A stretch of 64,000 nucleotides of DNA, taken from NCBI GenBank assembly GCA_016190895.1, contig JACPPR010000096.1, positions 1,625-65,624 on the forward strand. The letters are read 5' to 3'. The position numbers and the translations under genes were made by a program. The notes below the pieces were generated by a model. That model made no database searches. It was not told where the DNA came from and worked only from the letters and a program-made list of their open reading frames with translations. The stretch is from Chloroflexota bacterium (lineage in GTDB: Bacteria > Chloroflexota > Dehalococcoidia > Dehalococcoidales > UBA2162). Of the stretch, positions 62,428-64,000 are shown one piece after another; positions within the stretch are counted from its first letter, which is position 1; each line of letters begins with the position of its first letter.

Positions 62428-63570
62428 ATGAAGGTGGTTATCGCCCCCCAGGGCTTCAAAGGCAGCCTGGAGGCGCCAAAAGTAGCGCAAGCAATTGAAA
62501 AAGGAGTCAGGCGCGCCTTACCCGATGTTGTGACCGTGCTCAAACCGATGGCGGATGGCGGTGAAGGCACTGTGCAGGCTTTGATGAGCGCCTCCGGCGG
62601 GAAGATTGTCACCACGCAGGTCGCCGGCCCGCTGGGCAACAAGGTAGCAGCAAAGTGGGGTATATTCCCAGATGGCGCCAGCGCCGTAATCGAAATGGCA
62701 GCTGCCTCCGGGATTACCCTCGTGCCATCCGATAAGCTCAATCCCTTAGTGACGACAACCTATGGCACCGGCGAGCTGATTCTGGCGGCTTTGGAACGCG
62801 GCTGCCGCAAGATAATCGTGGGGCTGGGTGGCAGCGCCACCAATGACGGCGGGGCAGGGATGGCGCAGGCTATCGGTGTCAGGCTGCTGGATGAAAAGGG
62901 CGATGACCTGGCGCCGGGGGGCGCTGCCCTGGCCGGGCTGCATCATATCGAAATTTCCGGACGTGACTGCAGATTAGCCGCCGCCGAGATTTTGGCGGCA
63001 ACGGATGTGACCAACCCGCTCTGCGGAGAAGAGGGCTGCGCCGCTATCTACGGCCCTCAGAAAGGGGCTACCCCTGAAATGGTGCGCCAACTGGATGCTG
63101 CCCTTGAGCACTATACCAAGGTAATCAGGAGAGACCTGGGAATCGATGTCAGGGATGTGCCGGGCAGCGGGGCGGCGGGGGGGCTGGGGGCGGGCTTGCT
63201 CGCCTTCGCCGGCGCTAAAATCGTATCCGGCATCGAGATGGTCATCGAGGCGAGCGGCCTGGCTGAGGAGCTTGCCGATGCCGACCTCGTTTTTACCGGC
63301 GAAGGCAGGCTTGACGGACAGAGCGCCTATGGCAAGGTGCCAGCCGGAGTAGCCAGGCAGGCGAAAAAGTTCGGTCTGCCGGTGGTCGCCCTCGCTGGCA
63401 GTCTGGGTAAGGGTTACGAGAGTATTTATGAGGCGGGGGTGGATGCTGTTACGGTCATCGCCCCCGGTCCCATCAGCCTGGAAGAGGCGATGGCTGATGC
63501 CTCGTCGTTAATCACGGATGCCGCCGAACGGGCAATGAGGCTGTTTATGGCGGGGAGGAAATTGGTTTAG
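62428..63570 (+). CDS. glycerate kinase
   Basis: MKVVIAPQGFKGSL...PMADGGEGT...GGSATNDGGAGM...TGEGRLDGQS. Confidence 0.9.
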   Translation: MKVVIAPQGFKGSLEAPKVAQAIEKGVRRALPDVVTVLKPMADGGEGTVQALMSASGGKIVTTQVAGPLGNKVAAKWGIFPDGASAVIEMAAASGITLVPSDKLNPLVTTTYGTGELILAALERGCRKIIVGLGGSATNDGGAGMAQAIGVRLLDEKGDDLAPGGAALAGLHHIEISGRDCRLAAAEILAATDVTNPLCGEEGCAAIYGPQKGATPEMVRQLDAALEHYTKVIRRDLGIDVRDVPGSGAAGGLGAGLLAFAGAKIVSGIEMVIEASGLAEELADADLVFTGEGRLDGQSAYGKVPAGVARQAKKFGLPVVALAGSLGKGYESIYEAGVDAVTVIAPGPISLEEAMADASSLITDAAERAMRLFMAGRKLV

Positions 63571-63639
63571 TCCGTAGGGTGGGTGCAACCCACCGCCATC
63601 GAATCCGTAAGTGGTGGGTTTCGCTTCGCTCCACTACCC
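63571..63639. repeat. GC-rich intergenic hairpins
   Basis: GGTGGG-tgcaa-CCCACC and GTGG...CCAC hairpins between convergent genes. Confidence 0.5.
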
Positions 63640-64000
63640 CTAGTCCCCCTTCACCAACGTTACTTTCGGCGTGACACCTTCATTGACGACGTTCTTCGGC
63701 CATTTGCCGCTGAGGACGCGGGCGACTTCACGCGAGGGGTTGAAGGCTTGGACATCAAGGGCGGCATCGGACATGGAGGCGGAGTGGGGGACGACGACGA
63801 CGTTATCCATCTTGAGTAAAGGGTTGTCCGGAGCCATCGGCTCTTTCTCGAAGACATCCAGCCCGGCGCCGGCAATCATTTTCTTCTGTAGCGCTTCAAT
63901 CAACGCAGGCTCATCGACAATGGCGCCCCGGGCGGTGTTGATGAAATAGGCCGTCGGCTTCATTTCATGAAACTCTTTGGCGCCAATGAGGTGGCGAGTT
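63640..64000 (-). CDS. D-isomer-specific 2-hydroxyacid dehydrogenase (5'-truncated by the window end)
   Basis: ...TRHLIGAKEFHEMKPTAYFINTARGAIVDE...GLDVFEKEP...PHSAS. The frame stays open to position 64000. Confidence 0.85.
   Translation of the reverse strand, partial: TRHLIGAKEFHEMKPTAYFINTARGAIVDEPALIEALQKKMIAGAGLDVFEKEPMAPDNPLLKMDNVVVVPHSASMSDAALDVQAFNPSREVARVLSGKWPKNVVNEGVTPKVTLVKGD

Noticed and set aside
20611-63639. CRISPR array among the repeated hairpins.
   Set aside because: The hairpins differ in sequence, are not regularly spaced and have no unique spacers of constant length. No cas genes are present.

Overview
This is a densely coding 64-kb bacterial chromosomal window. I found no rRNA, no intact tRNA and no CRISPR array. 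TGA is a normal stop codon here. Taxonomy cannot be verified from the sequence. The gene content points to an uncultured anaerobe, possibly Chloroflexota-like. That content includes hemerythrins, ferredoxin, candidate selenoproteins, an AglB-type oligosaccharyltransferase, CaiB-family CoA-transferases and many GC-rich intergenic hairpin repeats.

Layout:
1. 1-6.2 kb: the end of a mobile-element-like module. It carries a PRTRC-type ubiquitin-like / E2-like? / JAB / ThiF-E1 cassette and its own beta sliding clamp. Three neighbouring ORFs end in clamp-binding-like peptides.
2. 6.3-20 kb: a visibly AT-richer defence island.
   - A small serine invertase lies next to three nested inverted-repeat pairs. 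These could shuffle the C-terminal specificity region of a 1086-aa N6-adenine methyltransferase.
   - That methyltransferase is translationally coupled to a PLD-SNF2 helicase.
   - A UvrD-like helicase follows.
   - Last is a three-gene operon with its own consensus promoter (helical protein, HExxH peptidase-like protein, dCTP-deaminase-fold protein). The same ~80-bp direct repeat, with a tRNA-3'-end-like core, follows the UvrD-like gene and this operon.
3. 20-29 kb: a redox / NO-stress cluster.
   - It includes a Crp/Fnr regulator, ferredoxin, four hemerythrin-domain proteins, and nitroreductase, DsrE-like, YgbA-like and HD proteins.
   - Two matching palindromes sit at class-II-like promoter positions.
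   - A NifU-like ORF has an in-frame TGA at the second Cys of CxxC, making it a candidate selenoprotein.
4. 30-35.6 kb: an STT3/AglB-type oligosaccharyltransferase with glycan-related genes.
5. 35.7-46 kb: housekeeping genes (ogt, radC, dnaE) interrupted by AT-rich insertions. These are an orphan membrane protein and a type II R-M cassette flanked by direct repeats. A vapBC pair follows.
6. 46-64 kb:
   - a cupredoxin/beta-propeller protein, an MBL-fold hydrolase and a cytochrome c;
   - two tandem family-5 solute-binding proteins;
   - a second candidate selenoprotein (584 codons, CWU motif), two family III CoA-transferases and a URO-D-like protein;
   - phd/parE, larA, glycerate kinase and a partial 2-hydroxyacid dehydrogenase.

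The best candidates for new biology are the methyltransferase shufflon with its PLD-SNF2 partner, the repeat-flanked three-gene operon, the PRTRC/clamp module and the two TGA-recoded ORFs.
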